DNA of 64,000 nucleotides from Octopus vulgaris (GCA_951406725.2 OX597831.1:76694001-76758000); one strand, 5' to 3'; positions 26,359 to 40,732 are shown, counted from the stretch's first letter. The notes: generated from the sequence alone by a model not told the origin. Numbers and translations: made by a program.

Positions 26359-26652
26359 GGAAGCAAAAGAGGGTAAAAGAAAGAGAGAAGAAATAGTTAT
26401 GGAGTTTCGCGTCATAATTATATATAAAAACCAGCTTAGAGAAGAAGAAGACGCGAAACGAAACCAAACGAATCGAATCGAATCGACGCGAAGGCGCTCA
26501 GTCATACAAAAGTGTAATAAATAGAATATATGCATACATACAAACATATATGTACGTACCTACATCTACATGTATATATACATGCATATATAAATATATA
26601 TACGTGTGTACAGGACACCACAAATAGATGTAGAACTCAACGAGAAACGAAA
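25595..26652. repeat. Partial-tandem repeat element (~225-bp direct repeats about 828 bp apart)
   Basis: aaccagcttagagaagaag...gtagaactcaacgagaaacgaaa at about 25600-25822 and 26428-26652. Confidence 0.75.
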
Positions 26653-26886
26653 GCTTGGTGGGGTTGCCAGTTTAGTCGCCGACGACCCGACCAAGCAACA
26701 GGTTGTACTGGGTTACATGTTACCAGTAGCACTCGAAAGTGACCTGACATACATACATACATACATACATATATGTGGAGAAGAAGAAAAAGAAAAGAAA
26801 GAGAGAAAGCGAAACAGAAAACTAGTGAGAGAACGTGAAACAGTTTTTTTTATATATTTGCTGCTTTTTAATAAAGCATATCACTC

Positions 26887-26968
26887 TTAGTGGAATGTTT
26901 ACATACATATAAGAGAATAAGGTGTGCGTACACCTTATTCTCTTATATGTATGTAAACATTCCACTAA
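26887..26968. repeat. 82-bp near-perfect palindrome
   Basis: 39-bp exact arms ttagtggaat...aataaggtgt / acaccttatt...attccactaa; loop gcgt. Confidence 0.9.
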
Positions 26969-27425
26969 ACTTTGTACGACTTCTACACACACTTTCTTTG
27001 TCATTCTTCCTTTGTACTTCACTGTCTCTGCCTTTCTCTTTTCTCGCCTCCTTGATTCTTCGGTCTCCTCTTTCCCCACTCTCTCACATTCCTTTGCCTT
27101 TCTTAATATGCACTTCACTGACCCTGTCTTTCTTTTGTCTCGCAAATCCTAGACACACTCTCTTTCTTCTCCCCCTCCTTAATTTCTTTCTTCTCTCTCT
27201 TCTCCCCCTCCTTAATACCTTTGTTCCTCTTTTTTTCTCTCTTCTCCCTCTCTTTAATTCCATTGCCCCTTTTCTCTCTCTCTTCTCTTCTCACGTGACC
27301 GCTGGCCCAGCTTCGGACCAGCGCCACGATAACATCGCATTCTACATCTGCTGTAAGGCATTATTTTTCAAATACGCCGGCTAAGTACAACTCGTCTAAG
27401 TCGAAAGACGCTTGTTGTTATGTCC

Positions 27426-27480
<55 letters not shown>

Positions 27481-27765
27481 GTTTTTTGTATTTATATTCG
27501 TATTATTTTTGTTTTTTGTATTTATATTCGTGTAACATCGTCTGTTTTTCTGTCCTTGTTTCGAATACTTTCAATCCCTTTTCCAAGAAATCTAATGCCC
27601 GTAGCTTAGTTTTTCCTTGGGGCTGGCCAGATCGGAGCAATCTCAAGATTAATCAGCCGAAATTGCGAGGATGATCCGCTTCTTGACTGAAGATTGACGG
27701 CTTCGAATGACCCGTCCGTGTTTTTTGTATCGTCTATCAGGATGTTTTGCGTTCTTGTCCCATTT

Positions 27766-27810
<45 letters not shown>

Positions 27811-28001
27811 TAAATCCCCCAAAAAGAACAAACAAAAAATAACAACGCGAGGAAGTGGTACATGTAATGTATTAGCAGAATTTCTCTCACTCTTTCTTCT
27901 GTTGGCCTGCTCGCCTAGCCAGCAGGGTGGCGCCATTTCAAGGCTAAAACAATGCGAAGCGCATTGTGACCAGCGATGTATAGCAACATCTGATATATAT
28001 G

Positions 28002-28067
<66 letters not shown>

Positions 28068-28069
<2 letters not shown>

Positions 28070-29040
28070 CTATGAAGGTTCAGCTTAAGGACAGAGCTGG
28101 TGACCTACTTTTGGGATAAACCCATTGTCCTGTCAGATTCAGGTGGATTGATCGGCTCTGGGTAAATCTGCGACCCCCTTCGGGTGAACTAGAGGTCGTT
28201 CTAAACACGCCTTGAAGATAGAGTAAGGAAGAATGTAGTGAGAAAGATAGAGTAAGGAATCTGAGAGCAGATAGAGAGGATATTAGCAGTGAGAGAGGAT
28301 GAGGGGCAGAGGAGGACAGGCAGAGAGTATAGCAGAGCTAAGGGAGAGAGTGATTGCGAGGGAGAGATTGGGGTAGTGGCAAGGACAGAGCAAGTGAGGT
28401 TTTGAGGAGTTGGTATTCGGTTGTCAGAGAGAGCAGTTGGAATTTTAGAGTCGGATTTTGGAAGTCAGGGCAAGCGGTTGGATTCAGGAGCTTGGCAAGT
28501 TGGAGCTAGCAGCGCTGAGAGAGAGAAACTACAATATGGGACACTGGCTATTCTAATCAGGAATTAAGGTATTTAATTGTATTGATACGTGCTACGATGT
28601 AAAGAGACTGTAGAAGGAAAAAAGAATTGGTGTATTGAACAGTGAAAAGAACTGATACAGTGAAATGAACAATGTGAATTGTGTAAAGACATTTTGTACA
28701 GTATTGTGATTTGAACATTGTATAATGTCCTTCGAACTGTATATGACTTGTTGTGTCGTTACCGGACTGTTATATTGTTACTTGCATGTTTAAATGCTTT
28801 GATCTGTTGTATACCTGTATTGATTTGTTGTTTCCTTTAAATGCTTTGATGTTGTAACAATTGATTGTCATAAACTAGTTAAATGTAAGCCAGTTGTTGC
28901 CTTGCCGTTTTGTGTCTCTCTCGTTTGCCTCTGTATCTCTCTGTGCTGCTGCTGTTGTTGTGTTGTTGTATCTCTCCTCTCTCCGGGTTCCGTGGCGAAC
29001 TTGCCCGTTCGGGCGAGCGGCGACGGGTGATTCCGTAACG
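28068..29040 (+). mobile_element. Probable solo LTR (~970 bp) in a (TA)n tract
   Basis: TG start, gtaacg end (CA mutated), ATAT flanks; 3' part homologous to 59074-59300 (-). Confidence 0.6.
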
Positions 29041-29165
29041 ATATATAATAGATAAGCACTTTTAACTAGGATAGTGTTATTTGACACAATGATAGTAAAG
29101 GCGTTTTTCCTTCTTATTTAAAATACTACAATTATCTGTCACTTTTGACGTCATGAAGTCAGCTA

Positions 29166-29231
<66 letters not shown>

Positions 29232-30086
29232 TTTCAACCACGATAGTGTTATTTGACACAATGATAGTAAAGGCGTTTTTCCTTATTTAAAATGCTACAA
29301 TTAGCCGTAAAGGCGTATTTTCTTTTACTCGTGACGAAACTATTAACAAAAGCAAACCATGCCTAGACATACATTTAATACAAACACAAACGTCATATAA
29401 GTCATTGTATAAGAACGATGTCTTTGTTAGTCATAGAGCTGTAGTTAGGTTATATACGCCCACACCTATCCACACCTATCCACATCCATAATTCTACACC
29501 TTAGCACAGACAAATGTTATCGCTAAAGAAACGAGGAGGCTAGGCATTCATGTGAATCCTTAATGTTTTTTTAGCAGACATCACAAGAAGAGTTACCAAT
29601 CTAAGCGTTGAATAAAGACACCTTTGATAGAGTCGTAACCTGTTTAAATGAAGCACTCGAGAGAAGTAGCTGTAACATAACGTTGCAAAGACAGGACAAG
29701 GAGAATAACAGTAACACAAACATTGAGAGCTGTTAAGCCAGAACGAAAGAAAAAAATATTATGAACGCTTTTTCAGGACGGCAAGAGGGAGACAGGAAAG
29801 CCATCGACACTTGAAGGAAGCCAGGTCAGAAAGACAAAAGCAGAGCTCTTGTCGCGGGTCAACGACAGGAGGGAGGAGGAGTGGCAAGAGGAAGGGAGAG
29901 AAAAAAAGGGAATGGTTGTAGAGAAAACCAGAAAGAATGAAGAATGAGAGAGAGAGGGGGAGAGACAGTAAGGTAAAAGAAAAGGAAACCAGAAAGAATG
30001 AAGGCTGAGAAAGGGAGGGGGACAGAAAGGTTAAGAGTGCGCATCATTATTAATATTAAGAACAAATTTATATATATATACATATT

Positions 30087-30121
<35 letters not shown>

Positions 30122-30599
30122 GTAGGTGCAGACGTGGCTGTGTGGTAAGAAGCTTGATTCCCAACCACATGGTTCCGGGCTCAGTCCCACTGCGTGGATC
30201 TTGGGCAAGTGTCTTCTACTATAGCTTCGGGCCGACCAAAGCCTTGTGAGTGGATTTGGTAGATGGAAACTGAAAGAAGCCCGTCCTATGACCTCTTTAA
30301 AAATAGTTGTCAAACGATGGTGGGGAGGACACATACAGACGCGCGCGCGCACACACACACATATATACGACGAGCTTCTTTCAGTTTCCGTCTGCCAATT
30401 TCTCTCACAAATCCAGTTTGGTCAACCCGAGGCTATAGTAGACTGAACCTGGAACCATGTGGTTCGAATTTTCTATCATGACAGACTGAAGGCCACAACA
30501 ATATATATGACGGCTTAGTAATTTAATGAACCTGGAACCAGTGGTTCGAATTTTCTATCGATGGACAGACTGATAGATATTGATGAGTACGTACACACA

Positions 30600-30658
<59 letters not shown>

Positions 30659-30844
30659 TGAAATGGATAAATGAATTATCTTGTTACGGATTATTCAAAA
30701 TTTAACCGATACCTGTGTAGCAAAAATCACACCAGAAAAGACACGGTTGAGGTTACGACCATGGGGTTTCGCCCCCGTGCTTTAGCGCGGATAATTGAAG
30801 TTTTATATATTTAGTGTATCTTTATATATATATGTATCTTTATT

Positions 30845-31065
30845 ACCCACAAGAGGCTAAACACAGAGGGGACAAACAAGGACAGACAAACGGATTAAGT
30901 CGATAACATCGACCCCAGTGCGTAACTGGTCCTTAATTTATCGACCCCGAAAAGATATGAAAGGCAAAGTCGACCTCGGCGGAATTTGAACTCAGAACGT
31001 CAAGACAGACGAAATACCGCTACGCATTTCGCCCGGCGTGCTACCGATTCTGCCAGCTCGCCGCC
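30845..31065 (-). mobile_element. SINE family B
   Basis: Reverse complement of the 22304 copy. Confidence 0.8.
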
Positions 31066-31079
31066 TATTTATATATACG

Positions 31080-31395
<316 letters not shown>

Positions 31396-31747
31396 GCTGA
31401 AATACATACGAGCAAGATTGCTACAGCTGGTATAGCTGTAATCATGAGGAGGTTCACTAATGATCCACCACGATCACCTGGAGAGCAGCAGCAAGGATTT
31501 CTGAAATCATTAAACACCGCACTTAAATACCGTACTCTATTGATACACCAGTCATATATATATGTGTGTGTGTGTATTTACACACACACAACCACACACA
31601 GACACAAGCGTACACACACACACACAAGCCTTCCCTATTCCTAGATATTCTGCGAACAAACAGGAAGAGCTGTTTGTCTCGACAAACCTACTCCTTTGTG
31701 TCTGTCAGCGCTAGCATGCATCTCTCTCTCTCTCTCTCTCTCTTTTA

Positions 31748-31820
<73 letters not shown>

Positions 31821-31870
31821 CTCTATCCATCCATCCATCCATCCATCCATCCATCTATCTATCTATCTAT

Positions 31871-32191
31871 TTGACCGAGGTTACCGTGGTCTTTTTCGTA
31901 GGCTTTTCTTCCCACGGATAAACCTTATCTGCTTCCCCCTTTACACCGTACATCATGACACTGTGATACACGATCCCTATTGATCGTTTTTTTCCTCTTC
32001 CCCTTTTTTCCTCTTTTTTCTTTTATCTTTTCTTTTGTTTCTTTTCCCTTTTTTTCTTTTTTCTTTTTTCCCTTTTACGATCCCTTTTGATCGAAAACCT
32101 ACGCCACTTATTTTTTTCATCCCCCAAAAGAAAAGCTCTACCTTGTAACATGTCCCATCTGTGTGCAGCCCTGTGTGGCCAATAAAGAAAC
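31871..32191 (+). mobile_element. Tx1/L1-like 3'UTR-only copy in (TATC)n
   Basis: ttgaccgaggttaccgtgg...aataaagaaac; TATC on both sides. Confidence 0.8.
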
Positions 32192-32279
<88 letters not shown>

Positions 32280-32484
32280 TTGTTTAATTCCAGAACCGTC
32301 ACATGAATCCTTTACAAATATGACCAACACCTCTTCATTGAAGCGAAGATAAATCAATGAATGTTCTTATTTTGAAGGACCATCACTGATACGCATATAT
32401 ATGTAATCAATACGTAGAAATAATATGATACATACATACATACATACATACATACATACATACATACATGCACACACACATACA

Positions 32485-32514
<30 letters not shown>

Positions 32515-32515
<1 letters not shown>

Positions 32516-32956
32516 TCTTTTATTCTTTTATTTTTTCAGTCAATTGACTGTGGCCATGCTGGAGCACCGCCTTTCGTCGAGAAAATCGACCCCAGAACTT
32601 ATTCTTTGTAAGCCTAGTACTTATTCTATCGGATCTCTTTTGCAGAACCGCTAGGTTATGGGGACGTAAACACACCAACATCGGTTGTCAAGGGATGTTG
32701 TAAGGACAAGCACAGACACACAAACAAACACACATACATGCATGTGTATATATATATATATATATATACATACATACATATACATATACATACAACAGGT
32801 TTCTTTCAGTTTCCGTCTGCCAAATCCACTCACAAGGCTTTGGTCGGCCCGAGGCTAATGTAGAAGGCACTTGCCTAAGATGTCACGCAGTGGGATTGAA
32901 CCCGGAACCATGTGGTTGGGAAGCAAGCTACTTATCACACAGCAACTCCTGCGCCT
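32515..32956 (-). mobile_element. Full-length SINE family A
   Basis: Homology to the other copies. Confidence 0.85.
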
Positions 32957-33002
32957 AAATTAAAACCTCATTGGTAAATTTTACAAAATATTTTACAATT
33001 AT

Positions 33003-33333
33003 ATGCATAATTATAACAAAGGGTTGGCTTTACGCCTCACCACGCACTGGAGAACTAGACGCCAATTGCCCTATTACCACCTTAAAATCTCCGAGAATAA
33101 CACTATTTTCGGTTAACCGCGTACAGGATCCTGTTTCATGCTTAAAGCAAAGAAATATTTCCTTCTGCTCTCATCACTGACGGTTTTCCATAAGCACAAA
33201 TTTACGAGTATCTCAAAGTTTGCATGCGAGTTGTGTTATTCTCAGAGATTTTAAGGTAGTAAGAGGGCATTTGGCGTCTATTTCTACAGTACGTGATGAG
33301 GCGTAAAGCCAATCCCTTGTTATAATTATGTAT
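33003..33333. mobile_element. MITE-like element with ~100-bp imperfect TIRs
   Basis: cataattataacaaagggttggctttacgcctca... / ...tgaggcgtaaagccaatcccttgttataattatg. Confidence 0.65.
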
Positions 33334-33432
33334 GTAATTATGTTATATAATATATATATATGTGACCTCGTGTGTACCGTTGGCGATTTTTTTTCCTCTG
33401 TCTTCCCTTCTCTGGATCTTTCCTTCTCCTAT

Positions 33433-33467
33433 GTTTCCGACGAAGAGCTCCGCTCAAAACGTTAAAC
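33433..33467 (+). ncRNA. Degenerate minimal hammerhead motif
   Basis: gttt-CCGACGA-A-GAGC tcc GCTC-AAAA-CG-TT-aaac; stem II intact, core mutated. Confidence 0.45.
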
Positions 33468-33599
33468 CCTCCTTCTTCCCTTCTTTCCTGAGCGTCCAAT
33501 AATACTATATTTGTTCCACGTCCTCACGTTGTTGTGTTTTTTTGTGCTTTCTTGTTTGGATTAACTTTATATATATGTGTGTGTGTGTATATATATATG

Positions 33600-33915
33600 T
33601 TGTTGTTGTTTGTTCCTTCTCGAGCCACGCCTGGCTCATAAGGGCCGGTTTCCCGGTTTCCTTGGCGTATAGGTTCCCCACCTGGACGGGACGCCGCTCC
33701 GTCGCAGGTGAGCTGCAAGATGCAAGATGCAAGAGGAAAGAGCGAGAGAAAGTTGTGGCGAGAGAGTCTGCAGAGTTTCGCCATTACCTTTTGCCGGAGC
33801 CGCATGGAGCTTAGGTGTTACGCTCATAAACACACACATCACCCGGTCTGAGATTCGAACCCGTGATCCCTCGACCGCGAGTCCGCTGCTCTAACCACTA
33901 GGCCATGTCCTCCAC
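33600..33915 (-). mobile_element. SINE family D-related element
   Basis: tggcctagtggttagagcagcggactcgcggtcg head. Confidence 0.7.
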
Positions 33916-33941
33916 ACATATACACATGCACACGCGTACAT

Positions 33942-34001
<60 letters not shown>

Positions 34002-34123
34002 TCTTTGTAAATTAATGAGTTTTGACCTTAAATTACCACCGGCCCTTTCAGATCTTGTTCGCTAATAACTCTGCACCCTTAATATATACGAACTCACACA
34101 CTCACACGCACACGCACGCACAC

Positions 34124-34188
<65 letters not shown>

Positions 34189-35739
34189 GAGTTAAACAAG
34201 GAAAGACAAAGAAGGAAGGAGAAAAGGAGAGAAGCATAGAAACGTCTGATGTCAATAAGTCAGTGTCGAATCAGTGACGCCAAATAGGTAGCGCCAAACT
34301 GCTAAGCCAACATGTCCCATCCGCCTTCTTGTTAGTGACATTTCCCAGAAAAATCCCGATACCCCCACGTGACCGGACTCTCATCAATTATCTACCGGTT
34401 GTTATTGATTCCTGGTCTTATGTGCAATGGGAAGAACGAATCAATAAATTTTAAAAAGTCAATGAAACGTGTTTCCAGGGCAGCTGTTGGGAAGGCAGGA
34501 TCGTAGCTTGAAGGGATCAGATGGGATCGGGGGAGGGGGTGGTGGATCTAGACGAAAGGTGGTCGGGGTTGAGCGGGTTGGTCTGACCCTCGGGCGACGC
34601 TTTTATGAGGGCTGCAGTTTTGAATCTACTGTATAGTTCTGAATAAGCTTTGAGACCCGGGTGGGAGGCTGCAAACTCAAGGACTACCCCAGGTGGTACA
34701 TACTCTAGCTATGCCAATGCGTTAAAAGAAACCGGATGGCCATTGACGATATAGGGAAAAACATTCTTTATCTGGCGTATTAATCTGTGCAGTATATAGC
34801 AGCTAAATCTTCCTCAAATCACTCATTTCTCACAGAAGAGTGAATATATAAATAGATAAAGGAAACATTATATCAGGGGTCGGAAAAGTAGTTAATATGG
34901 AACCCTGGGGATGAGTCTATGCGGCTATACAAGGGGTCGATAAACACCTGAAACCAGCTTTGAGCATTAAGGGTGCTGAATTATTAGCGAACAGGATCTG
35001 AAAGGGCCGCGTGTAATTTAAGGTCAAAACTCATTAATTTCCAGCCAAATATTAATGCAATACTACCGTAATCTTTAGGGTCGGCGAGCTGGCAGAATCG
35101 GTAGCGCGCCTGGCAGAATACTTAGTGGTGTTTCGCTCGTCTTGATGTTCTGAGTTCAAATTCTGCTGAGATTGATTTTGCCTTTCATCCTTTTGGGGTC
35201 GAATTAAATAAACACCAGTTGTGCCCTGGGGTCGAAGTGATCGACTTAACCTCCTCTTCCTCCTCTTCCTCTGAAATTGTTGTCCTTGTGTCAAGAATCG
35301 AAATCATTATGAGAGAGATAGAAGGAGAGCGAGAAAGTGGAAAGAATGAGACAGAAGGCGGGGAGAGAGAGGTTAAAACATCTAGAGAGAGAGAGAGAGG
35401 AGGGACCTAGAGAGAGAACGAGAAAGTGGAAGGAATGAGGGAGAGAGGGGGGCTAAACATTAAGATAGACAAAGAGAAAAAGAAAGAGAGATAAAGGGAG
35501 AGCGAGGAAGTGGAGAGAATGAGACAGAAGGGAGAGGGTAAAACATCAAGAGAGGGAAAAGAGAGAGAGAGAGAGAGAGAGAGGGTAAAACATCAAGAGA
35601 GAGATGGAGGGGAAAGAGAGAAAGAGAGGATGGCCAAACACACTTCATATTGAATATTCTGGTTATATCGCTGTAATGCGATCGAATCTAGATTGTTCGT
35701 TATCAATTTTGTTAAATATTTCTAATCCAAATGTAGTAA

Positions 35740-35776
<37 letters not shown>

Positions 35777-36104
35777 GAAGGAATTATTGTTTTCAAATTA
35801 AGAACTTTTGTTTATCATTTACTAATTATAATCTTAATTTCATCGTTGAGATGTGATATCATCCGTCATCCATCCAAAACGTAAAATGCGCCCCCTCAGG
35901 TGATTGTTTTAAAAAGTCCTTTGTTTGACCCTTCTATCAATTCACTCAGTGTTTCCACTGTATGATGACACCAGGTAGCCAATAACTGCAGACGAAATTT
36001 GCATAGCGTACTACAAGGTTTTTTAGCCGAATCTTATTTAAGTATATTAAGTAAATATATATGCAAACTCGCAGGGGCACGTGAAAGTGCTACAGGAATT
36101 CTAA

Positions 36105-36457
36105 TCTTTATATATAAAAGAGAGGTTTGTGCTGTCTGTCTCCTACAATTTAGATTCCTAACTACTCCCACATTTTTCGGTGCAGTTTAACCGAAACCGG
36201 GTATCTTATAGTCGTCATTCATATCGAGCCTTTCTGGGTATTAGCGCGAATCTACGATTAAAAAAAAAATTTACCATCAATTTTTCCCATTTTTAATGCA
36301 TTTTTGGCATATATAAGGGAAGTAACTCTCTAAAAATTTATTATTAAATCTCAGAACGTAAAAAGCTACAGTAACATCCCCCCTTTGTGGTTAGCCATAT
36401 TATGCTTATATAGTTATTTCCCTTACAAACCCGAGCAACGCCGGGCGATACTGCTAG
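36105..36457 (+). mobile_element. Non-autonomous Helitron
   Basis: A|TC 5' end, 3' hairpin cccgagc aac gccggg, CTAG|T 3' end, no TSD; second copy at 53269-53661 (-). Confidence 0.8.
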
Positions 36458-36684
36458 TAATATAATAAATGAAACACGTTTTCAGCGTATATGAAAAGAA
36501 AACGTTCGAAATGGGGAGTAGAGCACACGAAATGGGGAGTAGATTGACAGCCGACAACCGATGAAGGGTCGTTCTTTATGTTACTTGTTTTGTTTTCCAT
36601 TTGTTTCTCTCTCGTTGTTCGCATAACCGAGTTTGTCTTGGTGTTTCACGTTGCTTACGTTTTGTGACGTCCTGTACCCATATA

Positions 36685-36853
36685 TGCAGGAGTGGCTGTG
36701 TGGTAAGTAGCTTGCTTACCAACCACATGGTTCCGGGTTCAGTCCCACTGCGTGGCATCTTGGGAAAGTGTCTTCTGCTATAGCCCCGGGCCGACCAATG
36801 CCTTGTGAGTGGATTTGGTAGACGGAAACTGAAAGAAGCTTGTCGTATATATG

Positions 36854-36884
<31 letters not shown>

Positions 36885-37100
36885 ATGTGCTTGTGTGTCT
36901 GTGTTTGTCCTCCTAGCATTGCTTGACAACCGATGCTGGTGTGCTTACGTCCCCGTTACCTAGCGGTTCGGCAAAAGAGACCGATAGAATAAGTACTGGG
37001 CTTACAAAAGAATAAGTCCCGGGGTCGGTTTGCTCGACTAAAAAGCGGTGCTCCAGCATGGCCACAGTCAAATGACTGAAACAAGTAAAAGAGTAAAGAG
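36685..37100 (+). mobile_element. SINE family A
   Basis: Near full-length homology. Confidence 0.85.
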
Positions 37101-37432
37101 TATATATATATATATGTATGTATGTATGTATGTATGCATGTATGTATGTATGTATGTATGTATGTATGTATGTATGTATGTATGTATGTATGTATGTATG
37201 TATGTATGCATTTATAGATATGTATTATTTATATTATTATATGATTGAACGCCACGCATCCATTTCCAAGTAAGTATATATATATATATTGTTGTATTTA
37301 GGAATGGTCATTTTGCCAGTTTAACCAAAAAACAAACAAAAAAAAAAAAACACGCACTATATATTTGGTGTTACTTTGCTTCAGCGTTATTTATTTATTT
37401 ATTTATTTTTACATTAATCTTAATCTTATTGC

Positions 37433-37476
37433 GGCCAGAGTTCTTTCGTCACACTCCTGTGACCTCATCAGTGGTC
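37433..37476 (-). ncRNA. Minimal type-I hammerhead with canonical core, in a PLE pLTR fragment (37288-37590)
   Basis: cca-CTGATGA-G-GTCAC aggagt GTGAC-GAAA-G aa C-TC-tgg. Confidence 0.65.
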
Positions 37477-37614
37477 TTTTGCTTTCTTCTTTCTTATTTG
37501 TGTGTCTCTCCTTTATTGAATAAACTGGCAAAATGACCATTCCTAAATACAACAATATCTGTTTCAACACACGATTTCAAATCAACAATCTTGCAAAACT
37601 AATATATAAACGTG

Positions 37615-37763
<149 letters not shown>

Positions 37764-37809
37764 AATTTGAGGGAATATTATATATAATATAATATATATA
37801 TATATAATA

Positions 37810-38684
37810 TTCTGGCCGTACAGTTGAGTTCGATGAAGAGCAATTAAACCAACATTTGCACGAAAATTCTCGTCAAACGACAAGGGAACTGGCAGAGAAA
37901 ATGGAATGCTTCCACACTGCTATAGAGAAGCATCTTCACTCGATGGGAAAGGTTCAGAAATATGAACCTTTCAGTCATAACAACAAATCGTCGAGCCACA
38001 ATCTCCGTAGGTTTGCTTGCTCGTCACCGCTCAACTTATGGACACAAGCAACGATTTCTTTATCGAATCGTTCCTAGCGACGAAAAATGGTGCCTGTAGA
38101 TCAATATGAAGCAGCGTAAGGAATGGCTTAGCCCTAGTAAACAAGCGACACCACGCGTGAAACAAGATCTTCATCCGCGTAAAACGATGTTGTGCGTATG
38201 GTGGGACTGGGAAGGGATTATCCCTTACGAATTGCTTGAACGAAACCAAACGACTCAACACGGCTATTCAAGAGAAAAGACCTAATCGGCAGCATAGAGT
38301 TCTTCTGCTGCACGACAACTCTTGCCCTCATATCGCCAATATGACCAAGGAAGCCATTCAAACACATGGCTAGGAAGTGCTGCCACACCCGCCGTACTCT
38401 CCTGATTTGGCACCAACGGATTTCCACCTCTTTCGATCTCTTTCAAATGCTATGCGCGGAGTTCGTTCAATACTGATACAGAATTGAGAACTTAGTTGGA
38501 TCAATTTTTCGAGTCGAAATCGAGTGATTCCTACCAACGAGGTATTGACAATCTTGTTGAACGTTGGGAAGAAGTTGTAAACAACAAGGGTGAATACATT
38601 ATTGATTAATTAGCTGTTATTTTTATTAAAACTTTAAAAAAATTTAAATTTAAAAAAACGGCAGGAACTTAGTTGCCAACCCAA
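37810..38684 (+). pseudogene. Mariner (DD34D) transposase relic with right TIR
   Basis: SDEKW, MLCVWWDWEG, LLHDNSCPH and YSPDLAPTDFHLF with 34 residues between the last two Ds; stops and frameshifts; TIR ...ggaacttagttgccaacccaa|TA. Confidence 0.9.
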
Positions 38685-38751
38685 TATATATATATATATA
38701 TATATATGCATGTATGTGTGTGTGTGTGTGCGTGTGTGTGTGCATGCGTGC

Positions 38752-38812
<61 letters not shown>

Positions 38813-39221
38813 TGTGTGTGCGTGTGTGCATGTATGTATGTATTTGTATGTCTGTGTTTGTCACCACCACTATCACTTGACAACCGAAGCTGGTGTGTTT
38901 GCGTGTCCGTGACATTAGCAGTTCGGCAAAAGAGATCCGATAGAATAAGTACTAGGCTTACAAAGAATAAGTCCTGGAGTCGAGTTTTCGACTAAACATG
39001 GCACTCCAGCATGGCCGCAGTCAAATGACTGAAACAAGTAAAAGAATGAAAGAATACCGCTCGTAGCTTTGCATATTCCATGAAATTCGAATATCTAAAA
39101 TTTATTTTGCGACAGAAGAAGGGTCAGTTTGTGGGTCTTTTTATAAAACACAATTGTGTCCCCGTATAATAAATGTCTGTCTTGTCGGTTTCTTTAATTC
39201 ATGTACTCTGCGGTGAAGGAA

Positions 39222-39810
39222 TGGGCGCAGGCGTGGCCATGTGGTAAGAAGCTTAGGGCGACGAGCTGACAGAATCGTTAGGACGCCGGGCGAAATGCTT
39301 AGCGGTATTTCGTCTGCCGCTTCGTTCTGAGTTCAAATTCCGCCGAGGTCGACATTGCCTTTCATCCTTTCGGGGTCGATAAATTAAGTACCAGTTACGC
39401 ACTGGGGTAGATATAATCGACTTAATCCGTTTGACTGTCCCTGTTTGTCTTCTCTGTGTTTATCCCCTTGTGGGTAGTAAAGAAAAAAGAAATAAGAAGC
39501 TTGTTTTTGAACCACATGGTTGCGGGTTCGGTCCCACTGCGTGGCACCGACCACAGCCTTGTGAGTGAAGTTGATAGACGGAAACTGGATGAAGCCCGTC
39601 GAATATATTCTTTTTACCTGTTTCAGGCATTTGAGTGCGGCCATGCTGGAGCACCGTCTTTAGTCGAATAAATCGATCCCAAGACGTATTCTTTGTAAGC
39701 GTAGTACTTATTCTATCGATCACTTTTGCCGAACCGCTAAGGTTACGGGGACGTAGACACATCAACATCGGTTGTCAAGCGATAGTGGAGGGGCAAACAC
39801 ACACACACAC
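39222..39810 (+). mobile_element. SINE A head interrupted by SINE B (39255-39492), then an inverted SINE A tail
   Basis: 10-bp TSD taagaagctt at 39245-39254 and 39493-39502. Confidence 0.8.
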
Positions 39811-40360
39811 AGTTTCACATGCCTGTATGCCTTGCGAAAAGGAAATACAGTATATAACATAGGGAGCCCGTTTTTTTTTTTTAATAAAAAATCATGTTAA
39901 AAAAGTATGCGAGTTTCTTATACATTGATAGTATTATAATCCGTTACAAAACCCTTTTTTTTCCAAATTTTCAGCCCCCACCTAATTAGGGGGTTTCTTA
40001 TACACAAGGATTACCTATACACTTTAAAATATGGTAATTAATTAAAACTAAGGAGTTTGCATTTTAAGAGTTATCTCCCTTACATGATTCAGCGTTTTCT
40101 TTATTCGAGATGAAAAAATTAAATTAAAAAAAACATTGTATCCTTGAATCTACCATTAAAATAAAAAATAAAAAAAAACTATGTATTTAAATTACGAGAA
40201 AGTATTTTTTATGAATTCCTGGTGAGAAGTTTTCCTTATCTCAAAACAACAACATATCGAAAGCCGTTGTACCTGTTTCCTTGATCGTGTGCGGAAACCT
40301 GGACGAGTGCCTCACCAAAACTGTATCAATTAAATTTGGGAGACTGAAGCTGGGTGGAAG

Positions 40361-40432
40361 CTCTATCTATCTATCTATCTGTCTGTCTATCTATCTGTTT
40401 GTCTGTCCGTCTGTCCGTCTGTCCGTCTGTCC

Positions 40433-40470
<38 letters not shown>

Positions 40471-40497
40471 GTCTGTCCGTCCGTCCGTCCGTCTGTA

Positions 40498-40532
<35 letters not shown>

Positions 40533-40611
40533 GTCTCTCTTTCTCTCTCTGTCTCTCTATATCTCTCTGTCTCTCTCTCTGTCTCTCTATATCTCTCTGT
40601 CTCTCTCTCTG

Positions 40612-40680
<69 letters not shown>

Positions 40681-40732
40681 GTCTGTCTATCTATCTGTTT
40701 GTCTGTCCGTCTGTCCGTCTGTCTGTCTCTCT

